A stretch of 63,101 nt of DNA, filler included, from Octopus bimaculoides (Eukaryota), in the NCBI RefSeq assembly GCF_001194135.2. It is 5 parts of 5 records of this genome, joined end to end, with 100 filler letters (N's around TTAATTAATTAA, not from the genome) between each part and the next. Parts side by side here need not be neighbours in the genome. Positions count along the whole stretch, not along the records: positions 35,317 to 50,015 come from NC_068984.1; positions 50,116 to 57,735 come from NC_068997.1; 3 more parts are not named here. One strand, 5' to 3'. Of this stretch, positions 35,994-50,167 are shown in pieces; position 1 is the stretch's first letter, and every line of letters starts with the position of its first letter. Below the pieces are notes generated by a model. The model searched no databases and was not told the DNA's origin. It saw only the letters and a program-made list of their open reading frames with translations. The translations under genes were made by a program, and so were the position numbers.

Positions 35994-37873
35994 TATGTAT
36001 AATTCTTTTTCTGTTGTATTACTATATTAGCCCCTTGCATTATTTCATCACGTTACGTTCGTCTAATAGTCAAAAGATACTTTCTGTTATTTATTTGTAA
36101 GTGTACAATTATTTTCGTCTTGTTGTATAGTCGAAAGGCGTTCATCTGTTGCATGTGTATCATTCTAGCTTTCTTGTTCTTGCTTTTGTTCTTATATACA
36201 TTCGTTTGCTTTTCCTAGAAGATTAATGCTTTTAGCTTAACGCTCTGGCGCATGTCTCAGGGATAAAAAAGTGCGAAACCGCGAGGACTTTCCGGACTCT
36301 GACTGATGAGGAAATCTGCTACGAAGATCCGTGATTCTTGTTTTTGTCTAACTACCCGTTAGTTATGTTATTTTTCCGTATGTTGTTTTTTGCCGTGTTC
36401 TTTCTGTTCTNNNNNNNNNNNNNNNNNNNNNNNNNNNNNNNNNNNNNNNNNNNNNNNNNNNNNNNNNNNNNNNNNNNNNNNNNNNNNNNNNNNNNNNNNN
36501 NNNNNNNNNNNNNNNNNNNNNNNNNNNNNNNNNNNNNNNNNNNNNNNNNNNNNNNNNNNNNNNNNNNNNNNNNNNNNNNNNNNNNNNNNNNNNNNNNNNN
36601 NNNNNNNNNNNNNNNNNNNNNNNNNNNNNNNNNNNNNNNNNNNNNNNNNNNNNNNNNNNNNNNNNNNNNNNNNNNNNNNNNNNNNNNNNNNNNNNNNNNN
36701 NNNNNNNNNNNNNNNNNNNNNNNNNNNNNNNNNNTGTGTGTGTGTGTGTGTGTGTAATGAATAAATAAATGGGATAATATCCCCTTATACAGCACAACTA
36801 ATTAGCGCTCTAATTTATCAACTTTTAATTTTTTTTTCCATAAATAATTAGTTAATATAATTTTAACCTAGTTACCCTTTGTGCATTTGGATTCATCTTA
36901 AAACACTATTATCTATAGCTTCATAATTTATTTAAACATGTAATTTTAGCTCTTACAGTATGTTCCGACAGTATGAACAGCCTGAACAGTATGTTACGAC
37001 ACAGCATTCAATTTTTAAAATTTCTTAAACTTCTCATATTCCTTAAAACTTTAAAATTTAAATAACTCTTTCATAAATCCTTTAGATTAACTCTGATGAG
37101 AGAAATATAAATGATTGTTATGGTTGGAATTAACTCGCCCATACCAACCTATATCTTCTCGAAACAGCCGTCAGACTTTGCACCTGCTCAAGATTCCTTT
37201 TAAAATCATTTTATACCAACTTTCTCATCTATTAGGATTGCCGCTATACATTCACCATCCGCATATTTTAATATCCTCATAGATTTTAATGCAGACATAC
37301 AATCTCGCAAGTACATTTATGTATTTATATATTTATAATTTTTTATATTATATCGTGTGTATACGAATGCACCTATGTATGAGGTGGAATCCGATGCTTT
37401 GAAATATTTTGAGTGNNNNNNNNNNATTTTGAGTGAATATGAACACTGACCTTTGAAATTTGTTCTCTCTTTCTTGGTTATATATATATATATATATATA
37501 TATATTGCTAGCAAGGACACTGTATTCCGTTTCGCAAACATAATATACTACCAAGTATATTAAACGTTTAGAAGTCAATATTGTGACTAACTTTTGTGTT
37601 AGCAGTGCGATGTTCTCATTTTAAAGTTTATCTCTACAGATTTGCGATACAATTCAGATTTTGCACTGAAAACTGCGACGTAAACATCTAGACATAGATA
37701 TTTACATAGGTGTATTCGCATACGAAGCGCTGTAACTTTCAGTATTGGCTCTGAATTCTATAGAAAATCCGTTGTGATAAAGTTAAAAAACACACACACA
37801 CTCACACAAATATACAAGAAAGAACCAAAGGAAAGAAAGAAAGGCAAGAAAGCAGACAAATAGACAGGCAGAC

Positions 37874-37906
<33 letters not shown>

Positions 37907-38710
37907 TGTCTGAATGTATTATTTGGAATTTTTAGTCAATTTGTCAAAAATAACAAAACATTTATTAATGTTGAGAAGTTATACATTTCGTAGAGTAGAA
38001 TTTATTGATAATGCTGACAGACTTCCTCTTTGACAACTTATCCAACCAATACACGCGCGCGCGCGCGCCCGAGTGAATCCGTGAATCCGAGTTTGTATAA
38101 ACCAGTGTAAATCGGTGTAAATTCTTTTCAACGCTTAATCCTTAAGGGAAGGTAACTCCCTAAAGTTAAATTCCCCCCTTTGATAAGAATATCGATAAAA
38201 TCAGTACCAGATCAAATACTGATGCTGGATATAACTGACTAAATATTCAACGTGATGCCCCACTTTAGCCGCATTCAAACTACTGAATAACAAATGAATA
38301 TAACAATATAATAGCTCAGTTTTATATTGTGTGAGGGTGGTGTTTCAGTCTTGTTAGCAAGAAGAAATTAATTCGTTTCGACATTTTTAACAACATCTCG
38401 TTAAACCAATAATTCAATTTAGATTTCTGTTGCTTAGTTACTTCGCTTGATGTAAATCTTTCTCTTTTATTAGTTTTTAATGGAATTTCACTTTTAGAGA
38501 GAGTGTGCATACGTGTATGTGATTGACAGAATGTGCGTACGTGTGTGTGTGTGTTTGTTTGTGATGCGTTAGAAATTGTGTACGGAGTTACTGATAGATA
38601 ATGTTGATGTAACAGCAGTGTACTCTAAATGGTGTCTCATTTCACCTGACCTCGGGCCTCCGCAGTTGGGCAAGGACCTGGGCTCTAATCTGTTACATAA
38701 TAGCACCTAC

Positions 38711-39096
38711 AGTTGTTGTTGACACTCCGTCGCTTACGACGTCGAGGGTTCCAGTTGATCCAATCAACGGAACAGCCTGCTCGTGAAATTAACGTGCAAG
38801 TGGTTGAGTACTCCACAGACACGTGTACCCTTAACGTAATTCTCGGGGATATTCAGCGTGACACAGTGTGACAAGGCTGACCCTTTGAATTACAGGCACA
38901 ACAGAAACAGGAAGTAAGAGTGAGAGAAAGTTGTGGTGAAAGAGTACAGCAGAGTTCGCCACCATCCCTTGCCGGAGCCTCGTGGAGCTTTAGGTGTTTT
39001 CGCTCAATAAACACTCACAACGCCCGGTCTGGAAATCGAAACCGCGATCCTATGACCGCGAGTCCGCTGCCCTAACCACTGGGCCATTGCGCCTCC
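38711..39096 (-). mobile_element. SINE family A, full-length, intact Pol III boxes
   Basis: Minus strand GGAGGCGCAATGGCCCAGTGGTTAGGGCAGCGGACTCGCGGTCATAGGATCGCGGTTTCGATTTCCAGACC has an A box (TGGCCCAGTGG) and a B box (GTTTCGATT). The tail is CAACAAC. Confidence 0.92.
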
Positions 39097-41299
39097 ACAA
39101 TAGCACATATCAGCAGTTAAATAACTCGACCCTAATACTTGATTGGTATTTTATTTTATCAACTCTGAAAGTACGAAACGGTAAAGTTGACTTCGGTAGA
39201 ATTTGAACTCAGATCGTGAAGAGCCAGAATAAATAACGCAAAGAATTTTATCCAACCGATTCTACCAATCCACTGCTTTACTCCATATAATATCCAGAAA
39301 GTTTAAGTACGAATATACTGGTTGTTACTGCTGCTACTGCTGTTCTAGCTGTTGCTACTGATACTGCTAAGCTATTGCCGCAGCACCATTTTTTGTCATA
39401 TGTCGTTTTTTCCCAATGGATGACGCTCCCAGCTTAGAACTTCTCGACAAGGAGACATTTGTCAAATGTTATGTTGTTCCCACTGCCTACACCAGTAAAA
39501 TGCATTTTCTTCTCCCTCTTTCTCCCCACTTGCTAACTCTCGTATTTACGAACGTATTTACCCTAAAGGGAAAGTCGATATTTCTAACGTTTTGACCCTC
39601 TTGTTGTATCAAGTATTTCCATTTCTGGTAATACCTGATACTAAAGAAGGTGGAACCAAGTTGTTATGCTATATAAAAATACATAAATATTTTCAAAAAT
39701 TTGTCTTTCATTAAATATTCTTCTAAATAGACACCAAATGTCTTTTCTCAGGTTTATTTAAATGTTTATCAAACCACCTGATACGAGTTTCTAACACCAT
39801 ATTTATTGCAATGAAAATAGTTTCGGTGCACTTCTTTTATCGTTTGTTTGCTTGTTTTATTTTTCAATTTTTTTCCGGCAATATTTCTGAAGATAAAATA
39901 GATGTTATCATAAACCATAACTGGAATATGGTCGTTCAAGCTGAATCGTTTTTTTTTTGTTTTTTTTTAAGTAAAATTGCACCTTGAACTAAAATCATAA
40001 TTCAAGTTTAAGAGAGACGCTAGATTTTGAACATTCAATTTTTAATTGACATTCAATATGAATCAAAATTTTAATTTTAAATCAGATTCTTGTTTCATTT
40101 CGGTTTATGAAAAACTAGCAGACATTGCTCGGGATTTAAATGGCATAATTTGTATATATGGTACAGTTCAGTTGAAACGTCATGCAGGAAGTGAAGCATT
40201 GATGACAAAACATTTGTGAAGTAAATGAAGGGCTGATTCATTTAAGTGACATGTCATGCATCCGTTTGAAAGATTCCAGGCCCTAACCTTGTCATGGAAA
40301 AGTGGGTGCGGTTATGTGATTTTTGAACGCACCAAAAAGCTCTCAGTGGATATACTCTCCTTTGCGGCTGTTGCCGCTGCCACGCTGAACAATCAGCAGA
40401 CATAGGAACTACATCTATGTGATAAATGAAGCTTGTGTGCGCGCTCAACAGCACCACATGAGAGAAATTTACATGAAATAGATCTCGTGGTAAGATGGGG
40501 ATTGGCAAGGAAGTGCTTGAAAACAACACTGTCATGCGATATTTTGGTTTGGAATCAATAGTCGTGGCTCAACTATGAACTACTTCGCGTAAGCAGCGCG
40601 CGACCATTGTTAGGACAACTCAGCTCCCAAATGAAAACAATTCTGCATGCAAGGTCACATTAAGGACACGTGGCTGGGTCTTAGACACCATAAATTAGTA
40701 GGTTAATGTACATGCGATATTTCGATTTCAAATCAATAGCTGAAGAATATTTGTATGGGTTTCGTCTGTGCTTAGAAGGAAGACTCTGATACTGAAGCTA
40801 CAAGAAAATAGTTGAATAGTTGCTCAGGATTTAACATATTTTAGCATACTTTGCATAATAAACAAAGTGCGTCCCAAGCGGTTTTTATTCCAACAAATTG
40901 CTACCTATGGTACTACGGGAACAGGCTATTATTGCTACTACTTAGACAACGCAGTCTAAAGTCTATGTCGGTTCATCCATTTAATACAGCCTACTTACAT
41001 CATTTCAGTAGCTGTTTTTTCCAGTTTGAACAGAAGCAATGCGTGGACCATGCGGGCAGTCGTGCGTACCTCAGAAAAGGGAGTTTTCTGCCCCCGGGTA
41101 CCCCATTACTCATTATGTGAAAAATTTTAAGAGTCTAAAATCATCTCTGGAAATGCATATTTCCAGTTTAGAGAAAATCAGTTACGAATTTCATCAGTTC
41201 TGCGAGTTTACACACACATCCTCAATTTCATATATATAGATATTTTAATTTCTCAAATGGAAAAGGCCAAACGAGAAAGAAACTGGATAAGTAAATAAC

Positions 41300-42960
41300 T
41301 TTTTCTAATCTAGGCACAAGGCCTGAAATTTGGGAGAAGAGGGACAGTCGATTACATCGACCTCATTACTCAACTGGTATTTATTTTATCGCCCTCGAAA
41401 GGATGAAATGTAAAGTCGACCTCGACAGGATTTGAACTCAGAACGTAAAGGCAGACGAAATACTGCTAAGTATTTCGCCAGGCAAGCTAACGATTCTTTT
41501 CCACTCTAGGAATAAGGCCCGAAATTTTTTTAGTTCAAATCCTGCCGGGCCGATTTGCCTTTCGTCCTTTTGGGGTCGATAAAATAAGTACCAGTTGAGT
41601 ACTGGGATCGATATAATCGACTGGCCTCCTCCCGCCAAATTTCAAGCTTTGTTCCTATAGAAGAAAGGATTATTCTTTTCTTCTCCAGGCAGAAGGCCTG
41701 ACATTTTTGGGGAGGGGGCCAGTCGATTACATCGACCCCAGTACGCAATTTGTATTTAATNNNNNNNNNNNNNNNNNNNNNNNNNNNNNNNNNNNNNNNN
41801 NNNNNNNNNNNNNNNNNNNNNNNNNNNNNNNNNNNNNNNNNNNNNNNNNNNNNNNNNNNNNNNNNNNNNNNNNNNNNNNNNNNNNNNNNNNNNNNNNNNN
41901 NNNNNNNNNNNNNNNNNNNNNNNNNNNNNNNNNNNNNNNNNNNNNNNNNNNNNNNNNNNNNNNNNNNNNNNNNNNNNNNNNNNNNNNNNNNNNNNNNNNN
42001 NNNNNNNNNNNNNNNNNNNNNNNNNNNNNNNNNNNNNNNNNNNNNNNNNNNNNNNNNNNNNNNNNNNNNNNNNNNNNNNNNNNNNNNNNNNNNNNNNNNN
42101 NNNNNNNNNNNNNNNNNNNNNNNNNNNNNNNNNNNNNNNNNNNNNNNNNNNNNNNNNNNNNNNNNNNNNNNNNNNNNNNNNNNNNNNNNNNNNNNNNNNN
42201 NNNNNNNNNNNNNNNNNNNNNNNNNNNNNNNNNNNNNNNNNNNNNNNNNNNNNNNNNNNNNNNNNNNNNNNNNNNNNNNNNNNNNNNNNNNNNNNNNNNN
42301 NNNNNNNNNNNNNNNNNNNNNNNNNNNNNNNNNNNNNNNNNNNNNNNNNNNNNNNNNNNNNNNNNNNNNNNNNNNNNNNNNNNNNNNNNNNNNNNNNNNN
42401 NNNNNNNNNNNNACTAGTTGAGCACTGAGGTCGATGTAATTGACTTAACCCCTCCGCTCGAAATTACTGGTCTTGTGCCAAAATTTGAAGCCATTATTAT
42501 GAGATCGGTGGTAAGGCGGCGAGGTGGGAGAGTCGTTAGCATGTCGGAAAGAATGCTTCGCAACACTTCTACCAGCTTTATGTCCTGAGTTCAAATTCTG
42601 CCGAAGTCGACTTTGCCTTTCATCTTTTCGAGGTCTTTAAAAAAAATAGGTACCAGTTGAACACTGAGGTCGATGTAATCGACAAGCTCCCTCTCCCAAA
42701 ATTTCAGACCTTGTGCCTAGGGTAAAAAGTATTATTATGAGATCAGTGAATAGGCAGAATTGTTATGGGCGTTCGAAAAATGTCATACGGTATTTTTCTG
42801 GCTCTTTACGTTTTAAGTTCAATTCTTACTCAGTACAATGTCGCCTTTCATCCCTACGTGATTCATAAAATGAAATACCAAGAGTTAGAATCGATGATAT
42901 CAACTCACCGATCCCCATAAAATTGCTGAATTTGTGCCTAAATTAGAAACAATTATTTTC
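41300..42960. mobile_element. Cluster of SINE family D copies and fragments in both orientations
   Basis: Repeated gagttcaaat..gtcgactttgcctttcatcc..gtaccagttga..gtcgatgtaatcgac blocks. Confidence 0.8.
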
Positions 42961-44163
42961 ATGCAACGACAGAATCAACAGGACGTCTAACTAAATGCTT
43001 TGTGGTATTCAAATACGTCTTTTACGTTCTATGATTAAAACTCGTCTAGTTCTGTCTTTCCATGGTCAATAAATCATTAGTACCATGTTTATACTTGAGT
43101 TGATTAAATTGGGTATATTCCACTCCTCTATGAATGTGTGTATTTTGATTTCTTTTCATTATAGATTAGATTTTTATTAAGCCATGAAAGACATCGGGAC
43201 ACGCTCGTCTAACGAAAATCTCACACAAGAGACCTGTTTTGCACACACCCCCATGACTAGATGGAGGGGTACAAGAAGACCTCAATTTCTTTAGGACGGA
43301 GACTTGGTCTAAATGACTGTAACAGTGGACACCATTAAAGATAGCCAAGAATGAGGTGGTGGTGTTAAACAAGGTGACGGGTTGACTCTACCACACAAGG
43401 AAAAGAAAGACAAATAGAAGTTTTTATTACTTCTACCTTCTTCAAGCTGTTCATCTTTTTCATTTTAATCTACGCCATTCAGATACATCTAAACAGCTGC
43501 TGGATAACGGTATAACTGACACGAACAATCCATAATTTAGATTACTAATTAATTATTTTTCCATAAAGCTTTTCTCGTCAAATTTTCCTGGCTAATTTTA
43601 ATCCTAGAGATTTTCATTTAATTACATGGTTGAAATGTTTTTTTTTTTACTTTTCTTTTTTACCTTGACAATAAACCGTAACAGTATTAATGCGAGTGTA
43701 CTTGTATGTTTGTGCATGTCTATACATATGTGAATATGTGTGTGAGAAAAAGAGAAAGGGAGGGAAGAAGGGAGAGAGGTAAATATTATTTTTATTATTA
43801 ATTCTGATGAAAATGTTGGGTAGAAGTTGTTATCATATAACAAAAGTCTTACGATCGATTATGCCCAAAATACACATACGATATCCAAAATAAACATTCT
43901 GAAACCGATACTAAACAGGCTACACAAATAATTTCATTATAATAAACCTAAATCAACTTAAATCAACATTTCTTCTCGTGTTCGATGTTTTAAAGCGGGA
44001 ATGTGGCAGTCGTACCAAGTAGACGAGTAACCTTTTGCAATTGATTTCATTGAATGTTTAATTTGTTTTAATTAAATCTTTTGTGTGTAATGTCTGATAT
44101 TGGCCTCAGAATATTAATTTTCGTGATATATGTATATTTTGGTTTAATCGACAGTCTTAGGAC

Positions 44164-44478
44164 TGGTACTCCGTCGGTTACGATGACGAGGACTCCAGTT
44201 AATCCGATCAAAGGAACAGCGTTCTTGTGAAATGAAATTAACGTGCAAGTGAGGGGGCACTCCATAAACACGCCTACCCTTAACGTAATTGTCGGGATGA
44301 TTCAGCGTGACACAATGTGACAAGGCTGGCCCCTTTGAAATAGAGGTAGTACTCATTTCTTTTTTCCAGCTGAGTGAACTGGAGCAATGTGAAATAAAGG
44401 ACACAATTCACCGTTGGGAATCGAACTCATGACCTTACGATCGTGAGCCGAATACCCTAACCATTAAGCCACGTGACT
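44164..44478 (-). mobile_element. SINE related to family A (shared 3' body, different middle)
   Basis: Tail region colinear with 38711-38890. The head contains gggaatcgaactc (B box, reverse). Confidence 0.8.
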
Positions 44479-44669
44479 TCACTGAACTTTGAAAAATAGT
44501 TGAGTTGACAAATTTAATGTAGGGAGAATTAAAAAAAAAAACAACTTGAAAAATTATACGGCGAGGAAGAAACGATATTAATTATTAGTGTAATCAGCTA
44601 GTTTAGTCAATTTAAATATTTCTGCAAGTAAGGGAAGTAACTACGGACGTGTTTTTCGCCTCATTATAA

Positions 44670-44895
44670 AGAGCAGGACAGCGAGCTGACAGAATCGTTA
44701 CTGCGCCGAAGAAAATGCTTATCGAGATTACTTTCGGCATTACCTTCAGAGTTCAAATTCCGCCGAGGTCGACTTCGCCTTTCTTCTTGAAATTGCGATA
44801 AAAAAATGTACCACTCAAGTATTGGAGTCGGTGTAATCGACTTGCCGTTCCCCTCAAAATTGCTGGTCTTGTTCCAAAATCAGAAAGAATTGTAA
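44670..44895 (+). mobile_element. SINE family D (further copies 45838-46045 +, 48915-49070 -, 63005-63101 +, 25380-25590 -, 31890-32110 -)
   Basis: gagctgacagaatcgtta..gagttcaaattccgccgaggtcgacttcgcc. Confidence 0.8.
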
Positions 44896-45761
44896 CTTTG
44901 CATGTGTAATGCAGTCTACACCGTTTTTACTGAAGTAGTGGTAATAGAATCACTAAGTGATAGGTGAAAAAATAATAGAATTACATTGAGAATAAAATAT
45001 ATGTACTGACAGTAAAAGCTGAATGACCAAGTGAATTACCAATATATCGATAATAAGTTCACGCCTACGGCAGGCAGGCAGCCTGTTGTCATTGGACATG
45101 GAGACTTAAGACCTGGAGTTTTAGGTGTACCTATTCTCTGTTTTCAACAGAGAATACATGCAAACTCTTTTGGAAACATATTTATCATTTTTACTATACT
45201 TTCAAATTTCTCGGCAAACATTTTATGTCCAGTGACTGTATGCATCACATTCCGGCTAACATTTCATTCTTTCATTTTCTCTTTCTTACGTTCACTCCTT
45301 CGTTTCTTCAGACCTTGTGATTTGCCAGCAGGAATAGAATGCAAACCAAAGAGCAACAGGGTTGCAATGCAGGCCGAAGTCAGTTTAGTGCATCTGTGAA
45401 GAGCAAAACTGTTATGTTTACGGATGCATTCTAATTGCATGCTCTCCACCGGATATTTCTGCTGTGCATTGAAGATATGTACTGTGAGAAGGCAACCGAC
45501 ACATGCACATGTTTTATTACAGTAGCAGCAGCAGCAGTAGTAGCAGCTGTTGTTGTTGTTGTTGTTGTGGTGGTGGTGGTGGTGGTGGTGGCGGACGAAA
45601 TAAAGGAAAAATTTAGGAAATTATTGATTATAATTGTCTGTCATCTTTATCAACTACCATCATTATCATAGCAATCATCATCCTCAGTATCATCATCGTC
45701 GTCGTCGTCGATGTTACCTTTGTATCATAATTTTCGTCATTATATAATAATAATAATAATA

Positions 45762-45837
<76 letters not shown>

Positions 45838-46393
45838 GTAAGGTGGCGAACTGGCAAAATTGTTAGCATGCCGGACAAAATGCTTAGCGGTATTTCGTTC
45901 TGAGTTCAAATTCTACCGCTGTCAGCTTTGCTTTTCATCTTTTCGGGGTCGATAAAAGAAGTACCAGCTGATTAGGGAGTGAATGTAATCGACTTCCCCG
46001 CCCCTCAAATTGCTGGTCATGTGAGAAAATTTGAAACCATTAATATTATTATCATCGCCTAGTTGAAGGTGCGTAACCTGGGGTGTTCAGGGTGTTCGGT
46101 TCAAAAGCATAAGGTCATGGGTTCAATTCCTGAATCAGGAAGCATACTGTGTCCTTGAACAACGCATTTCATTTCAGATTGCTCCAGTCTACTCAGCTGT
46201 AGTGAGTACCAACCGGTTGCTAATGCAACCCTCTCTTCCACCAGCTGCTACATCTTGAGTGTTTCGCTGGTTAAAGGGTGAAGTGGGGACCAAAACAATA
46301 TCTACGACTGCTCGCGATTCTAGAGACACCTAAAATAATTAGCCAAAACAGTATGCGACACCAAAACATGGTCACTCACGGTGATGGCTGGCA

Positions 46394-46437
<44 letters not shown>

Positions 46438-49400
46438 AACTGCTGCTGTTGCTACTGCAACTACTACTGCTGCTGTCATCGTTATCAATGTCATCATCCT
46501 TTATTTTGTATCATGTTATCTTAAAGAGGTAGCATGAAATGGATTCAGTGATATTATAGATGTCTGTTCAAACAAACAGGAAATCATTCGTATAGAATGA
46601 CAGCAAGAAATTGGCATTATCGTGGACAATTAGTAACGGAGATATATGACAGAGCAACATGTACAAATTACTACCCACCACTATCCTCACCATTACTACT
46701 ACTACTACTACTACTACACATGATAATGATTAATAACTTGTGGGATCCGTGAATATTTCACGGAATTAATGGTAAACTTATTGGGTTATTTCTGAAAACT
46801 TTATCCAAAAGACCTGAAAGCGTAGCCTGTGTTGTGTCTGTATCAAAAGGTAGTCGCTCATCTGCTACTCATTGAAAAGCGAAAGAAATTGGAATACGAT
46901 GATTACTTAATGCACTTTATATATACACTTTATATACTTTATGCACAATTTTATAGGTATAATACACAGCACTCTCCTCTTTCTCTCTCACTCTTCACCT
47001 TACCTTCTTTTTCTCTCTCCTTTTTCTTTCTCCTTTTTCTCTCGCTCTTCCACTTTCACTTCAACAAATCGCGTGAAAGCGTTACAGACGGGCTAAGTAA
47101 CGGAGAAAAAACTTAGTTTAAAGAAAATTACATTTCACTCACCTTCCCCTCACCGCATTCTTCCATCTCCCCTTCTCCCCTCTCTCTCCCACCCTGTCTC
47201 TCCTCTCTGTGTGTGTGTGTGACAAACAGAGGTAGTAAGAACATAATGCCATATGTTAAGACAGATTTTTAAAAATTGATACACAACACGAAGGACATCC
47301 CCACCAATACAGAGCTGAGAAGCCGATAACAGAGTAGAATTAAGAAAACTTCACTTTTTTCTCCGATCATATTCTGAAAAAAGGTTGCTACGAAATTATC
47401 TCTGATTATTTTCGTCCTTAACTGAACCCTCCTGTAGGCTGTGATCCCTCAGCTGTCGACTGACTTTTGCAGTTGTCTTTAAAAATCTATTCTCTTCTAA
47501 GAGCCCCTGGTTACTTATCCCCCATTTCTTCAATTAGCATAATGTTTGTGCAATCACCTTTTAGGCCCAGCATCACGTCAACCAGGCTAGGGTTCTCCTT
47601 TTGAATTATCATAAAGTTCCAGTACTCAGTGGGTATGGATGCTCTTCCCGAGTGATTTCCAGCCTCTTGTTTCCCTTTATCTAGGTTCACTCGTTTATTC
47701 GTCTCTTTCTTCTATTTCTATTTCTGCTATCCTCGGAACTACCACAAGCGGTGATCGAGAAACTGCGGCTGTAGCAATCAGTATCATAATCTTTACCGGA
47801 GAAATCAGCCATTGTTGTTGCCGCCTCTGCTGCTTCAGCTTTTGATTCTCAATTTCCTCATCTGTTTAATAAAAAAAACTTTTAAATGATCTTTACAACT
47901 ACATTTGTACCTATTCGTTCTTCAACCAGTATGAATTACCTCTCCCATCCCTCAATGGAATTTAACTCCAGACTAATCACGCGTTCATAACGGGTCATTA
48001 GGAACTGAAAGTTCATGCTCACGCTTACACGTTATTACAGGTCACCTTCAAATTTATCAGAAAGGTAACGACAAGTCAAAGGCCTACATCGATACCAATA
48101 TCTTCTGAGACCCACTTAGTGCGACACCGACATTTGAACAAGCGTGTGATGTGCCAGTTCTTGCCTGATTCTCGGTCTTGAAACACAAATTTCCATTTTC
48201 TCTGCTTCACTTGAGAAAACATAGAATCCAGAGCTCGATCCAGTTCTTCTTTTGAGTGTATGAAGTAAAACATTCCATTGCTTGAAAAATTGAGATATGT
48301 CATCTTCCATTCGCTCATTCCCGGAAAACTTTGTCTGACAAGGAGACACTATTGTAACATATTTCACCTATTCCTTTTCCTTCAGTTGGCTCATATCAAG
48401 GAATCCCTGGTGGCCTTCAAAGATTGCAAAGGACGAACCGTTGTTTTTATTGGTATTTTAGAGTCGTTTAAAAATGCGTTTTCGCTGGTCAGACTATTTT
48501 TCTGTTTTTTCTGCTGGTCTTTTAATTTTTATCTCTGCGCGCGTGTGTGTGCGAGAGAGGGAGAGAAAGAGAAAGACAGACAGACAGACAGTCTGAGTGT
48601 GTGTGAGCGCAGACGAGTGCTTTCAAAAATTTCAAAATCTTGGATAGGTCGTATTTGCTGTTACCATTCTTGTGCAAAGCACCTCCTTCCGCTACTTCAG
48701 AGCGGTTATATTTAATCATTAATGAACAAAACAAAATGGGTGTTTACAAAAATAATTTTTCAATAAAAGATAGCGTAACCGTTCAAATATTCCCAAACCG
48801 TTTGTTAGTAAAACAAACAAAAATTTTTCCATCAAATATTCCGCGTAGAAAACATTATGTAAGCAGAGCTCTGTGAAACGTTACCGATTGCAATATATAA
48901 TAGTGATAGTAATAATTCTTTCTACTAAAGGTAGAAGGCCTGAAATTTTTGGGGAAGGGGGCTAGTCGATTACAACCTCGGTGGAATTTGAAGTCAGAAC
49001 ATGAAGACAGATGAAAATGCCGCTAAGTATTTTGCCTGGAGTGCTAACGATTCTACCACCTCGCCACCTTAATAATAACAGCAATAATAATATAGCGTCT
49101 TTTCTTTTTGCCTTTTTTTTTTTTGTCATATATCACGTAGATAAGACAACCAACGCGGGGTCAAACAACTAGAAATTCCTCAAATCATGCTGTCTTGTCT
49201 TGAAAAAGAAAACAAACACATCGGATAATTGATAGACTATGACTGAAGAATTAAGACAGGAAATGGTTTGAACTTAAACCAGAACAAGAGCCAGTATAAA
49301 AAAGCAAGCTGAAATAGAGACAAGCATTTAGATAGATTTATGTTCGAAACTATGGCTATAGATATCGCTTTATGTAAAATTTGACATTCTCAACCATAAG

Positions 49401-49787
49401 TTAGCTGAGAGGACATTTTTCTCCCACTTCATCTTTCCTTTGTGTAACACATGAAAAAGATGAAGTCGGTTTTTCACTAGAGAAGAAACGCTGTTTTCAG
49501 CCTTAGATCTGTCACAACAGCCCACATAAAATCACTTAGCTATCTTTATCAAAGGCGATTATTACGATTCTCAAGTAATTCATGTGATAACATCCTACAT
49601 ATCATTTTAGCTATTAGCTTAAGCCTGTCGGCAACTGAGTAACAGGCATTGTAATACAAATTCATGTAAGAGTTTGTTATTTTTCCCTCCATCCTCTCTG
49701 ACGTCAAGACTTCTTTTCCTGTCAATCCCAGATATTTCAATCCACTTATTCTTATTCATTCGACATTAAATCAAAAAGAACGGGGCT

Positions 49788-50115
49788 GTGTGATAAGAAG
49801 TTTGCTTCTCAATTACATGGTTTCGGGTCAAGTGTCACTGCATGGCATCTTGGGCGACTGTCTTCTACTATAGCCCCAAGCCAATAAAGCAAGTAGCAGT
49901 TGAGCACTGGGGTCGATGTAATCGACTCATCTCCCCTCCCGAAAGCCTTGTGAGTAGATTTGGTAGACGGAAACTGTATGGAAGCCTGTGTATATATATA
50001 TATATATATATATATNNNNNNNNNNNNNNNNNNNNNNNNNNNNNNNNNNNNNNNNNNNNTTAATTAATTAANNNNNNNNNNNNNNNNNNNNNNNNNNNNN
50101 NNNNNNNNNNNNNNN

Positions 50116-50167
<52 letters not shown>

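Noticed and set aside
36270-36335. GAAAC...CTGATGA...GAAGATC motif as a hammerhead
   Set aside because: I could not build stems I, II and III consistently in any topology.
39020-39096. tRNA gene
   Set aside because: It has A and B boxes but continues into a 300-bp body shared with other copies, and there is no complete cloverleaf. It is a SINE head.
48008-48030. ERAL1 G2 exon (KVH...)
   Set aside because: It reads KVHAHAY rather than KVHTTR and lacks a suitable acceptor.
48386-48440. PWWP domain (WLISRNPWWPSKI)
   Set aside because: The spacing from the upstream Trp is wrong, there is no W-A-K..G motif, and a stop follows soon after.
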